Shown here: positions 37,130 through 49,878 of the stretch, piece after piece
Layout: each line of letters starts with the position of its first letter
Numbering within the stretch: the first letter of the stretch is position 1
NCBI RefSeq assembly: GCF_001194135.2
Contig: NC_068982.1
Coordinates: 67,974,162 to 68,024,728, forward strand
Length of the DNA stretch: 50,567 bases
Direction: 5' to 3'
Source: Octopus bimaculoides
Lineage: Eukaryota
Position numbers and translations under genes: made by a program
The notes under the pieces: generated by a model
What the model saw: only the letters and a program-made list of their open reading frames with translations
Told to the model about the DNA's origin: nothing
The model's database searches: none

Positions 37130-39690
37130 AAAGATACCTGTGGTGAGTGTGTATGCTCCAACTATGTACTCTACTGATGACGAAAAAGTTTCTTTCTACC
37201 ATACTTTGGAGGGCATTATAAGAAATATCCCTCGGGCAAACAAAGTCATCGTACTGGGTGACTTTAATGCTAGAGTGGGTAGGGATTTTAACACATGGAC
37301 TGTAATTGGAAAGCATGGGGTGGGAAAGTGTAATAGTAATGGTATGCTTCTGCTGCAGATGTGCGAGGAGCTGCGTCTGTGTGTTACCAATACCATGTTT
37401 TGTTTCAACAAAAGAATAAGTTTAAGACCATATGGATGCACTCTGCATCTAAAGAATGGAATATTCTGGATTACATCCTTGTTATGGTGCGTGACAGACG
37501 AGATGTGCAGGCTGTTCGTGTTCCTTGTAGGGCTGAGTGTTGGACTGACCACCGCCTGGTACGTGCAAAAGTGAAATTAATTACAAAACGTAAAATCCGG
37601 GCTGCAGGTATTAAACTGCCTAAAAGACTGAATGTTGCTCATCTTAGGTGTAATATTGTGAAGAGAACTTTACGAGAGGAAATGAATGTTGCAAATATTG
37701 GTGAGGATTGGCCGACCCTTAAAAAGTCAATTTATGATATAGGCAGTAAAGGTCTGGGATTGATGCAAAGAAAGCATCAAGATTGGTTTAAAGAAAATTA
37801 TAAACAAATAGATGATTTATTGGCTGATAAAAGACGTACTTTATCACACTATTTATCAGCAAAGCCACAGGAGAGAGATGTGTTGCATAGGGAACTCAAG
37901 GATGTGAAATCACGTGTGAGGTGGAGGCTCTCTCAGACGAGAGATACGTGGTGGGGTAAGAAGGCTGATAAGATACAGGCGGCGTCGGATTCCAATAACA
38001 CAAAGCTGTTATATGGTCTCTTGCGAGAAGTTTATGGACCGACTTCTCTGATGACACCACTTTGAAGCAGGGATGGTAAAGAACTTCTTCGTGATTCACA
38101 AGGAATTCTGCGAAGGTAGCGAGAACACTTTGATGAACTTTTGAATCAGCAGTCTGTAGTTAGTGAGGATATTTTCAATCTCATCCCTGAGTTACCTGTG
38201 AAGGCGGCTCTCGTGGAACCACCAATGTTGGAAGAAGTCGGGGTGGCTGTCTCAAGGTGAATAATGGGAGGTCTCCGGGTATGGATGGCATACATGCAGT
38301 TATTACAGCATGGCGGTGAGAATCTTCAACAGCAACGTCACTCCTTGTTTGGCAGGATATGGGCTAGTGAATCTGTACCTGAGGACTGGAGAAATACAGT
38401 AATCGTGGTCTTATATAAGGGAATATCATTGCTTTCTGTCATAGGAAAGGTTTTATGCAGGGTACTTCTGGATCGTCTGCTGAAACACGTTGCAGATTGT
38501 GTTCTTCCAGAAAGTCAATCTGGCTTTCGAGTGGGTGTGGGACGCGACACTGATGATGTGATCTTCTCAGCTAGACAGCTTCAGGAGAAGCGTGTCGAAC
38601 AGGGTCTGGATTTATATCAGGTTTTTGTCGATCTGACAAAAGCCTTCGATACCATTAATAGAAATGCACTGTGGAAAGTTCTCCAGAAACTTGGTTGTCC
38701 TGAAAAGTTCCTTGCTTTGATTAGGTCTTTTCATGAAGACATGAAGGGTAGGGTTAATGTTAGAAGTAAAATATCGAAGCCCATCTCAATAAAAAATGGA
38801 ATGAAACAGGGGGATATTCTGGCACCGATCCTATTTGCCATATATTTTGCAATGGTTTTCTGTATTGCGTTCAGAAATTGCAGATATGGTGTTTACATCC
38901 ATTATCGAACCTCTGGCAACATATTTAATATCAGGCGCTTTGCTGCAAAAACAAAGGTTTTTACCCCTATCATAAAAGACCTTTTGTATGCAGATGATTG
39001 TGATCTAGTAGCGCACACAGAGATATACAACACATTTTGAATGCATTCTCTGATGCTTGTACTGTCTTAGGATTGACGGTCAGTCTCAAGAAAACTGTTG
39101 TCATGTACCAACTTGACTCTGGTAAGTAGTATAGTGAACCAAATATCTATGTGTATGGTAAACGATTTGGTGTAGTTGATCAATTTGTCTACCTGGGAAG
39201 CACTGTTAACAGATATAGCAATTTAGATAGTGAAATTCCATACAGAATTAGGAAAGCAAGTGATGCTTTCGGAAGGCTAGAAAGGCGCCTCTGGGGTCAG
39301 CGAGACATATGCAGGAAGACAAAGATAAAGGTGTACAAGGTGTGTGTGCTCTTTTCTCTTCTTTATGACTGCGATACCTGGGTCACATATCGATACCACC
39401 TTTAACAGCTAGAACGTTTCCATTAGATGTGTCTCAGACGGATCTATGGCATTAATTGGGAGGGCCACATCAGTGATCTTGAGATATTGGAAGGCTCTCG
39501 GTGTGAAAGTATAAAAGCTCTTGTGTTAAAGCAAAGGCTCAGATGGAGTGGTCATCTGGTCAGGATGAAAGATCCAAGACATTGTAGATCTTTAGCTGGG
39601 CTAAAAAGTCACATTCGATCACAGCACCGGTAACAGTTAAGCCTCGTGCAATGGTCATACTCGATAACGAGGGGGCAGCCATCATGTACG
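37130..39690 (+). mobile_element. RTE-clade (BovB-like) LINE, 5'-truncated, pseudogenised
   Basis: APE: VSVYAPT, VLGDFNARVG, NSNGMLLL, WMH...LDYILV, CWTDHRLV. RT: SQSGFR, FSARQLQEK, VDLTKAFDTINR, GMKQGDILAPILF, LLYADDCDL, FVYLGS. C-terminal RLRWSGHLVRM and AGLKSHIR; 3' UTR ending GGGGCAGCCATCAT plus (GTAT)n. Confidence 0.92.
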
Positions 39691-40483
39691 TATGTATGTA
39701 TGATTAGTTCATTTGTTTCCCTTGAAACAATGTCTCTCAGCGTATCGTTACCAAGTTTAATAGTGAGCGACGCTCAATATTAATAGTATAATTCATAATA
39801 TAGTTGTGTAAATGACATATATCTCATTCAAGCGTATCAGATAGGAATTAAGTAAATGTGGAAACAGTTTTATTTCACTTGATGCTATTTCTTAACATAA
39901 TGTATCATCTTTATTCTTGAAGTTCATTTGTTATTATAATAATTTGTGGTAAGAGTTGAAACCGGATTGTCAAGAGGTAAACCAACCTTGGAAATAAAAT
40001 CATTCTTATATTATATGAAAATGAGATAATTATGAGGAAACTCACAAATGCATATATTGAAATTGCAAAAGAAGTAGTAATAGAGAAATGAGATTTAATA
40101 TTCCAATGAAGCCCAGCTTATGTGCTGTTTAGATATGTATCCAGCACAGTAGTGACTTCAGAAATCTGTTGAACTTCTGGGTATCGTTAACTTTCAACTC
40201 AACTTCGAAGTGTTTGGCAGGATTCGCAGGTATTATCAAGTATTATTCCTCAGGGATTGCGACATGAATGCTTCTGCCTTGATCCACTTGTAAATGTGGA
40301 GAAACAGACCATATTATAGAAAACTCCCTTGTCTGCTCTCTACTACCCAGTCCTAGTAGCTCAACAGACCTTGCAGAGTTCAATAAAAATGCAAAGAACT
40401 GCGTAATGACACGGGAAACTGTCATATAATCATTACGCGTCGAAGAATCGAAAGAAGAAAAGACCTTGGCAATATTGAATACA

Positions 40484-41078
40484 AAAAGAAAATTTATACA
40501 TAAACTTGATCGGTTCGTATTTTAGCTACTGCCGCGTAGTGTGTTTAATTTGTTCAGTGAACACCGCCGCGAATTACCCCTTGTTTTTTCAAAAATCCCA
40601 CCTAAATCACAAATTAAGTGGGTGGGGGATCTTCCCTATTTCTCAAATCCTGGCAGCAACACTGTAGCTGGAAACAGGATAACAATCTAATTCTACACTG
40701 TATCACATTCAAGAATATAAACATGTTTTTAAGCACAACACCAGCGGTGTCAAAAAGAAACACCACCTTTCCCCAGCACACCAGGGTCGGCACAGCGTGA
40801 ACCACAGTGCTCTCTCTCCCTAGCGTGCAGCTTCCTATCTCAGACATATGAGCATGTGCACAACAGCTAAACACCGCGTCGCTGGAACTGTGAAGCGCAC
40901 AGTTCTATACAAGGATTTTTGGATTTTTTTCATAAACTAAGCTATTGACACTAAGCTTAAGAATTATATAATGTACATGTATAAAGAAGAAATTAAAGAA
41001 AAAAGGATGATATCGAGTGGTAATAGGGGGCGGGGGGTGTGCTGCAGTTCTGCAGTACCTAAACATGAGCTGCCACTG
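40484..41078. mobile_element. second copy of the right-hand part of the hAT element at 6513-8103
   Basis: Colinear with 7520-8103 (AAAAGAAAATTTA...CTTGATCGGTTCGT...CAAATCCTGGCAGCAACACTG...GCGCACAGTTCTATACAAGGA) and ends in ATGAGCTGCCACTG. Left TIR not found. Confidence 0.8.
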
Positions 41079-42195
41079 CACACGCACAAATATATACTAA
41101 TACATAGTTAAACCTTTTCACACAGGCAAAATCACATGCAGATGCCCACAATCCTACACATATAGTCATACACACAAACACACACACAATACGCACGTAC
41201 ATATAACACATACACACACTCACACACACGAACATAAACACACACACACACACACACACAAGAGACTCAAAACAATGACACACACCCATAAACACAAACA
41301 CACACAAGCACAAACTCACATTGACACACACACATACAAACAGAAACACAAGCAGAAATACACACATGGACACACATGCGCGCGCGCGCGCATACACACG
41401 CACACACGCACACAGGAGACACTTCCCCCAGACTCATGCTGAGATTTATCAAATCACACGTCTCAACACGTGACCTGGAACAAGCTCTGGAACAGCCCAC
41501 ACACTTTTCTCTGTCTGATTGAAAATCTATTTACAGGAAAACAACAATAACTGTAACTGGGCACAACAACAGCAACGTGCACTAGAAATTAGTGAGAAAA
41601 TATACATGAAAGAGAAAGAATCAAAGGATATGATAGGTCAGCAAGGACCGAGAAACAGCTGCACGGTTATGTATTATGTAAGTCTGTGTGACACAGAGAA
41701 AGAGAGGCGTAAAGGCGAAAAGAGGAATAGAGAGAAAATAGGAGTGACTGAAATTGGGAGACGTATTGGAGAGAATGAAGATAGACATTATGATGAATGA
41801 AAAAAATACAAAGTGGGGAACAGAGACAGTGTAGAGGAAGAGAAAGAGTGGAACAGAGACAGTGTGGAGGAAGAGAGAGGAAGGGAGGGAGATACAGAAT
41901 GTAGGCGGTAAGAAAAAGAGTTGATGTATTTACAATACAATAAAGATAGCGCCTCGTCAGCAGGCGACATTAGTAAAATCGTTAGCCTCTCTATCTCCTG
42001 CGACTGAGGCCAATTTAATGTTCACAGGATTTTATTTTACACACACACACACACACACATAAGCACACTTGCACACACATATGCATACCAACACATACAT
42101 TCTTACATACACATACACATATATCTGTGCGTGTGTGTGTGCGTATTTGCGTTTCTCTGTAAGCGTGTATGTATAGATTGGTTAATCGGCAGAGG

Positions 42196-42294
42196 TACGA
42201 AGTGACTCGCGGACCGAGAGTTTCGCGTATTGACACTTATCGAAGCCTGATAAGTGCGACGGAACGAAACTTTCGGCCCTTGAGTCACATCGTA
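42196..42294. repeat. 99-nt imperfect palindrome with hammerhead-like motifs in both arms
   Basis: Paired segments TACGA/TCGTA, GTGACTC/GAGTCAC, GGACCGAGAGTTTCG/CGAAACTTTCGGCCC, CACTTATC/GATAAGTG. Confidence 0.85.
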
Positions 42295-42451
42295 ATTTCT
42301 AACGATTAAATAAAATATATACCCATGTTTTGAATTCTAATTTGTGCGTACACACACACACACACACACACAGATTCAAAACTGGTCGGCCCTAGGCAAT
42401 AGTAGATGACACGCAGTGGGACTGAACCTGGAATTGTGTGGTTGGGAAATA

Positions 42452-42527
<76 letters not shown>

Positions 42528-42993
42528 ATCGATGGATGGATAGTTTTCGTTGAGAACTATTAAATTTCTCCATAGAATTCAAATCCAACCACTTACAATG
42601 TTACAGGACATTTTTGCTTGAGGCAGGATACTTTAAGGGACTTAACCACCAATGACGCTTATCTTTTATATAATCGTTAACAAACATCATAAATGTAATA
42701 ACTCATCAACTGACAACTTGTCAGCAAAATCACGACGTTTGTTAAAAAGTACTGAAGGAAGGTTTGAGAATAATGATATAAAGGCCAAATGTATTGGACT
42801 TAAAGATTATTAAGAGCTATTCGAGCAGTATTAAATGTATGAATTAATAAAAACAATTTAAATGATACTAGTCATTCTGCTTTGTACCTTTTTGGGGGAA
42901 GCCTCAGCGTTTCCAAGTATTGTACATTTTTGAGGCATAACCCAATTGCAATAACTGCAGCTTATAGTCTCTCGTTCAAACTTGTATAGGTCA

Positions 42994-42997
<4 letters not shown>

Positions 42998-43084
<87 letters not shown>

Positions 43085-43093
43085 CGGACAGAC

Positions 43094-43152
<59 letters not shown>

Positions 43153-43155
43153 GAC

Positions 43156-43189
<34 letters not shown>

Positions 43190-43454
43190 CCTGTCATTTG
43201 TTTTAATGGCGTGAACTTTGGAGAATACTTGATTTTTGAAATTATCTTCTCAAGTGCAGCCGTTCTCAATGGCCAGTTGGTTATTGTGACACATCCTCTA
43301 CCTGCAGAGATGGTTTTCGTAAATCAAGAATTTATGTTGTATGGTATTTGTCATACCTGTAATTGTCCTATGTTGTTCAAATACATGCCAATGGCCACTC
43401 TGAGTTATATCTCTTAGCTCACTTTTGTTGAGATAGATAGATAGATAGATAGAT

Positions 43455-43488
<34 letters not shown>

Positions 43489-43530
43489 GTAGGTAGGTAG
43501 GTAGGTAGGTAGGTAGGTAGGTAGGTAGAC
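42998..43530. repeat. (GA)n/(GATA)n and (GATA)n/(GGTA)n microsatellites (42998-43189, 43433-43530)
   Basis: Direct observation. Confidence 0.92.
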
Positions 43531-44869
43531 AGATGAGATATATACCTCTTCATCGTTGTAGGTCATGTTGGACAGAAGTGATCGATAAGATTAATGTTCA
43601 GTGTGAATATCATCTATAAGTTGATGTTTTCATACACACCTGCGCGCACGCACACACCCATATATACATGCTTGCATACGTTCGTACATATATATGTACA
43701 TGTATAAATATGCGCACGTATGTGTGTATGTAAATGGCTATGTATGAATTTGTATATACACATCTTAGCTTAGTGCGTGTTATCGAAACAGAAGACGAGA
43801 TTCAGCTTTGTTTCTACTAGTTATCACTAACATAATTCACTTTTATAAATATCTTTTTCGGATTGACTTCAGACCTTCACAAAAACTCTGGAGTTTATCT
43901 TTGATTATCAAAGCAAAGATAAGCTTTGAAAGTTTGTAAGAGACGACCGTGCGAACTCAAAAAAGGAGATATGGTGACGAATGGAAAAACAGAGGACTCC
44001 TTTTATTTGAACGTGTCACACGGTCGAACATACAAATATATATCAGATGATGATATACATGATATGTTATGCGACGATAACATAGATGACCAGTAATGAA
44101 AGACCACAACCGTATAAGATGAAATAACAGAGATATTTATTATGGCGTTAAAGATGTATGTCTGTGTGAGAGTGTGAATGCGACATATAAGAACATAATC
44201 AAAGACAGGCCGTCGTACAAAGAAAAGTGTGTATGTGAGTGATACATGTGTGTGTATGTTATTACAGCAGAGAGAAAGAGAGTGAGTAAATGACACGTGA
44301 GCAATTATACCAGNNNNNNNNNNNNNNNNNNNNNNNNNNNNNNNNNNNNNNNNNNNNNNNNNNNNNNNNNNNNNNNNNNNNNNNNNNNNNNNNNNNNNNN
44401 NNNNNNNNNNNNNNNNNNNNNNNNNNNNNNNNNNNNNNNNNNNNNNNNNNNNNNNNNNNNNNNNNNNNNNNNNNNNNNNNNNNNNNNNNNNNNNNNNNNN
44501 NNNNNNNNNNNNNNNNNNNNNNNNNNNNNNNNNNNNNNNNNNNNNNNNNNNNNNNNNNNNNNNNNNNNNNNNNNNNNNNNNNNNNNNNNNNNNNNNNNNN
44601 NNNNNNNNNNNNNNNNNNNNNNNNNNNNNNNNNNNNNNNNNNNNNNNNNNNNNNNNNNNNNNNNNNNNNNNNNNNNNNNNNNNNNNNNNNNNNNNNNNNN
44701 NNNNNNNNNNNNNNNNNNNNNNNNNNNNNNNNNNNNNNNNNNNNNNNNNNNNNNNNNNNNGAAGCTGCTGAAGTGGTCGCTGGCTGCTGCTGCTGTCGTG
44801 TGGTACACGGAACAGTTCTCAAAGAGAAACTGGACCGAGACGAATTTGGCTGCCGAGTTAAAGCTATTT

Positions 44870-45062
44870 ATAACAAACTATTGGCTCACCAGATGGTAGA
44901 AATATACTCTATCACGTGACCTTATTAGGGGCCGTGATTGGTCAGTTTGCGTTCTGGCGGGAACGGTTCGAAGAAGTTGCCGATTCGAATAATAATCAGT
45001 CACGTGATGACAAGGTTAATGTTTTCCCCTACGTTCGCGTTTATTTATATTTAAATGAGAAG
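44870..45062. promoter_or_regulatory. E-box/CCAAT/TATA-like module homologous to 16710-16930
   Basis: CACGTGA-N14-GTGATTGGT at 44913 and AAGGTTA...CTACGTTCG...TATTTATAT at about 45012-45052. Function untested. Confidence 0.4.
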
Positions 45063-46914
45063 AATGGCGATAGCAGTTTTGTATCTAATGGCGATAGGTA
45101 TTAGAGACGATAGGTAGTTTCACTACAAGTTCATTGTAACAGATTTTCTAAAGCATATTAACCCATTTTATAGTTTGAGGTAACAGAATTAAACATAACT
45201 TACACAAATCATTTTCCGGTTTCCAGTTAACTTACATGTTATATAAGAGATTTTTTGAGGTGGGGAATGGCGTGTATAACAGCTTGTTGGTATTGCAATT
45301 GATCAGGTTGGTAACATAGGGTTTCTTCAGTAGTGTAGCTTGTGTGGAGGGAGTGATCTGTCCCGTGCGTCGCTTTTATGGGGCTGTATGTTGGAGACTG
45401 CTGCATATTAAGTCTGTACAGGTATGAGGTACAGGCCTGGGGGTGCAAACTCAAGAGATGCCCCAGGCGGCACATACTCTAATTACGACACTGAGTTTAT
45501 TCGTAATCTCTTTGTACGTATATGCAAGGTGATTACATCTGCGTAGATTGTAGGGAATCGAATCTGCGCTCACACGTGACCATCGTCCATCTTTCTTTCC
45601 TCACGTGACCATCTTTCTTTTCCTGCATGGACGTTCAAAAGATCGGACGTGTTTTTTTTTCTTTTTTCAAAACAAATGTTTCTCTAAGAGCTCACTATTT
45701 TCCTCCTGTTTTGGTATAATGACCTTCCATGTTTGTTTTCGTTCGGTTTCCTTGTATGTCTCCACTTCATGTTTTTGTTCTCAACTTTGGAAACATCTGT
45801 CTTTGAAGACTCATATTGTCGTTGAATGCTCGAAATGAAGAGTAGATAGACAGCTGACAACCGATAAAGAGTCTTTCTCGGTATTTACTTGTCCTGTTTT
45901 CCATTTTTCTCTCGTTGTTATATATATATATATATNNNNNNNNNNNNNNNNNNNNNNNNNNNNNNNNNNNNNNNNNNNNNNNNNNNNNNNNNNNNNNNNN
46001 NNNNNNNNNNNNNNNNNNNNNNNNNNNNNNNNNNNNNNNNNNNNNNNNNNNNNNNNNNNNNNNNNNNNNNNNNNNNNNNNNNNNNNNNNNNNNNNNNNNN
46101 NNNNNNNNNNNNNNNNNNNNNNNNNNNNNNNNNNNNNNNNNNNNNNNNNNNNNNNNNNNNNNNNNNNNNNNNNNNNNNNNNNNNNNNNNNNNNNNNNNNN
46201 NNNNNNNNNNNNNNNNNNNNNNNNNNNNNNNNNNNNNNNNNNNNNNNNNNNNNNNNNNNNNNNNNNNNNNNNNNNNNNNNNNNNNNNNNNNNNNNNNNNN
46301 NNNNNNNNNNNNNNNNNNNNNNNNNNNNNNNNNNNNNNNNNNNNNNNNNNNNNNNNNNNNNNNNNNNNNNNNNNNNNNNNNNNNNNNNNNNNNNNNNNNN
46401 NNNNNNNNNNNNNNNNNNNNNNNNNNNNNNNNNNNNNNNNNNNNNNNNNNNNNNNNNNNNNNNNNNNNNNNNNNNNNNNNNNNNNNNNNNNNNNNNNNNN
46501 NNNNNNNNNNNNNNNNNNNNNNNNNNNNNNNNNNNNNNNNNNNNNNNNNNNNNNNNNNNNNNNNNNNNNNNNNNNNNNNNNNNNNNNNNNNNNNNNNNNN
46601 NNNNNNNNNNNNNNNNNNNNNNNNNNNNNNNNNNNNNNNNNNNNNNNNNNNNNNNNNNNNNNNNNNNNNNNNNNNNNNNNNNNNNNNNNNNNNNNNNNNN
46701 NNNNNNNNNNNNNNNNNNNNNNNNNNNNNNNNNNNNNNNNNNNNNNNNNNNNNNNNNNNNNNNNNNNNNNNNNNNNNNNNNNNNNNNNNNNNNNNNNNNN
46801 NNNNNNNNNNNNNNNNNNNNNNNNNNNNNNNNNNNNNNNNNNNNNNNNNNNNNNNNNNNNNNNNNNNNNNNNNNNNNNNNNNNNNNNNNNNNNNNNNNNN
46901 NNNNNNNNNNNNNN

Positions 46915-47150
46915 GGGCGAACCCTACTGTACTCTTTCACCACAACTTTCTCTCATTCTTTCTTCCTGTTTCTGTTGTACCTGTATTTCATAGGACCCGC
47001 CTTGTCACACTCTGTGTCATGCTGAATTTCCCCTAGAACTACGTTAAGGGTACACGTGTCTCTGGAGTGCTCAGCTACTTGCACGTTAATTTCACGAGTA
47101 GGCTGTTGATCGGATCAAGTGGAACCTTCGTCGTTGTAACCGACGGAGTG
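46915..47150 (+). mobile_element. SINE family C 3' part (head in gap)
   Basis: Matches the reverse complement of 10493-10750. Confidence 0.85.
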
Positions 47151-47172
47151 TGACGAAACGCACAAGCGAGGA

Positions 47173-47240
<68 letters not shown>

Positions 47241-47263
47241 AGTAAGAACACAGATGGGTTTAG

Positions 47264-47399
47264 GTTCACTACAGCTGTTTCAGACGCGTTTTTTATTGGT
47301 GAACAAATCAATTAAATCATGAAACAACACGTATTCTTTCATGATGTAATTGATTTCTTCATTAATAAAAAAAACATGCCTGAAACAGCTGTAGTGAAC
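47264..47399. repeat. 136-bp palindrome made of two inverted hammerhead-like units
   Basis: Perfect 20-bp terminal IR GTTCACTACAGCTGTTTCAG/CTGAAACAGCTGTAGTGAAC; inner arms AAATCAATTAAATCATGAAA/TTTCATGATGTAATTGATTT; 12-nt loop. Confidence 0.9.
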
Positions 47400-47831
47400 A
47401 TCAACCGATTCTTACCCATTTTCCACCTTACCCGGAGCCTTACCCGGAGCCTTCCCCTACCTTGGATCTAGACCGTGAAACTGCATACCGGAGTATGTCT
47501 GTATGTGGTTTTACACATACATGTGTAGCTATATCAAAGAGTATATTGATCTGTTCATGTGCATGTGTATGTAAGTGGTAAGACAAGTCCATATATGAAA
47601 TTAATATATGCGTGAGTGTCCATATATACTGCTGATGCACGGATATGCTATTCTCGACCCTAACTTGGTGTCCTAATAATTAAAATATCTCGATGCAGTC
47701 GGATGTTATTATCAAATTTTTATTTATGCAAACAAAAAGTGAAGTAGAAATTTACTGCAATACAGCTTTAAATTGCAATTACGGTACATGGTACATCTTA
47801 AACATTTTACACACAAAAGTTCATTAAAATC

Positions 47832-49127
47832 CTAAAAGTTCACGCCGTTCATCTTCAGCACTGAATAAAGCTTCATAATCATCAGGATGAATGATATCAT
47901 CGCAAGATTCTCTTCATCTTCATCTTCGTTGTACATATTTAGAGGTAGCACGTCATCCATGTCATTCCATAGACAATCGTCTTCTGCATCATCCAATGCG
48001 TTCGAAATTCCACATTTCTTGAATGATCTGAGAACAGTTTCAACTTCTATTTCCTTCCATGAATCAACGAGCCATTCACAGATCAGAGGCAGTGATGGAG
48101 TCCGCATACTACTTCTTTTCGTGTAAGTTTTTTCTTCATCATTCATATAGTTATTCCACCAGATTCTCATCATGTTCTTAAATGGTTCATTGGTACTTAC
48201 GTCTAAAGGTTGCAAAAGACTTGTAAGCCCACTGAGAATTACTATATCAGTATTTTGTGACTGGAGACTATCAACAACATTCTTCACTAGATGTGCCCTA
48301 AACTGATCTCACGTGAGCAAACTATTTTCCTTTCGTAGTTCACCAGGTCGTAAATGCCCAACTTCCTTTATCCATTTTCTACATCCACTTTCATCCATCC
48401 ATCCTTGTGGATGCACATGGAGGACAATTCCTTTTGGAAATTTCTCCTTCGGCACAGTTTTTCTCTCAAAAACAACCATCGGTTTTAATTTAGTACCAGC
48501 AGCCATACATGAAAGAACTACAGTAACCTTACTTTTCTCGTGGCCAGTGGTTCTCATGAATACTGTTTATCTCCTTGTTGATTCACAATTCGATTCTCTT
48601 CCATGTCAAGAGTAACAGGCGTTTCGTCCATGTTCCCAATGCATGATAATGCATATCCCTCTTTCTGCTGATTTCTGATTACAAACCAATGAAACTCTAT
48701 TGTCTTATCATATAGATCAGCAGGCAGCTTATGTGCGATCTTAGTTCTCTGCCAAAGAACTAAGTCATAATGTCTCATGAACCTAGTGTACCACCCAGCA
48801 CTTGCTTTAAAATCTGAAATTCCATCCTTCTTTGATTCCTTTCCTGCATTAATTCGGATGACTTCACAAGTAACACACTTTCCATTTGACGATTTTCAAA
48901 TACCCACTCTGCAACTTTTTTCTCTAATTGTGGCCACTTGCTAGGTTTTCCTTTGTTAGCACATTTTCTTTTTGGGATTGTCTGAAGTTTGTTAGATATC
49001 TTTCTCCAGTCTCTCACAAATTTTTCTGTAACACAAAATTCTCTTGCTACATATTTATCTTCTCAGCGACTTCAATAATTTTTAGTTTAAATGCTAATGT
49101 ATACTTGTTTTTTCTGGTGGGGGGCAT
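47832..49127 (-). pseudogene. pogo/Tc2-type (POGK-like) DDE transposase pseudogene, about 430 codons
   Basis: MPPTRKNKYTLAFKLKIIEVAE (N-terminal HTH), KWPQLEKKVAEWV (CENP-B-type HTH), IGNMDETPV, TTGHEKSKVTVVLSCMAAGTKLKPMVVF, GWMD, DQFRAH, LQPLDVS, SFKKCGIS. Several frameshifts and stops. Confidence 0.88.
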
Positions 49128-49762
49128 TTTTACGTAAAATTTTAGACCCTCAACAATACGACTGTATTCCACGGGTGCTATACAGAAACTGAGGTCAGCT
49201 GAGCTGCAAAGAGACATTACGTCCCAACTCTGACCTGATTTTTTAAAATACCGACTCTGGCCTGATATTTTAAAATTTTCATGCCAAATTCCTTCATTGC
49301 TCTCTGTTTTCTCGCCTATTTTTTTAATGTTTAAATTACCATAGCATTTTAACCCATTTTTTCTCTGATAAAAGTTATCGATTTAACTCCCATACAGCTC
49401 CATAGATGGGACGAATCGTCAAAAGCTGCACATCAAATCGATTCCAACATTAAAGCAAGGAGTACCGGTACAAATTATGTTATGCCATGAAACAAGAGTT
49501 GTAATAAAAAAATAGATCAGTATGAAACTTACAACAATAATATAATGTTAATGTATTTCGGCCTAGGTGCTATTGTATTCACGTTCACGATCAGTTGCCA
49601 TTTCGTAGTATGCGTTCGCCACACGATTCTTATAAGGTAAACAGTGTGTCGTGTTTTATGTGTATATTGTTTCGCACAGAAATGAAAAATAAAGTTTGCA
49701 GGATGTCATGTGCAGTTCCCAGTAAATGTCCATAATATGGTGTAGAGTTGCTAATCTGGAGC

Positions 49763-49878
49763 AGGGATTCCCAAAGCGTATTCTGCAAAACCCCAGGGTT
49801 CCTTGAAAGTTATTAGGAGTTCCACGTTTTAAAAAATAATATCAAAGGATCCCGTGGCGAAAAAAAGTTTAGGAGCCA
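49763..49878. mobile_element. possible hAT-Charlie MITE remnant inside the pogo 5' region
   Basis: CAGGGATTCCCAAA ... TTTAGGAGCCATA resemble Charlie-type TIRs; no TSD. Confidence 0.35.

Noticed and set aside
39700-40483. Left TIR/TSD or transposase for the second hAT copy
   Set aside because: No CAGYGGC-type end or CACACGCA duplication found, and no hAT motif in the plus-strand frames I translated.
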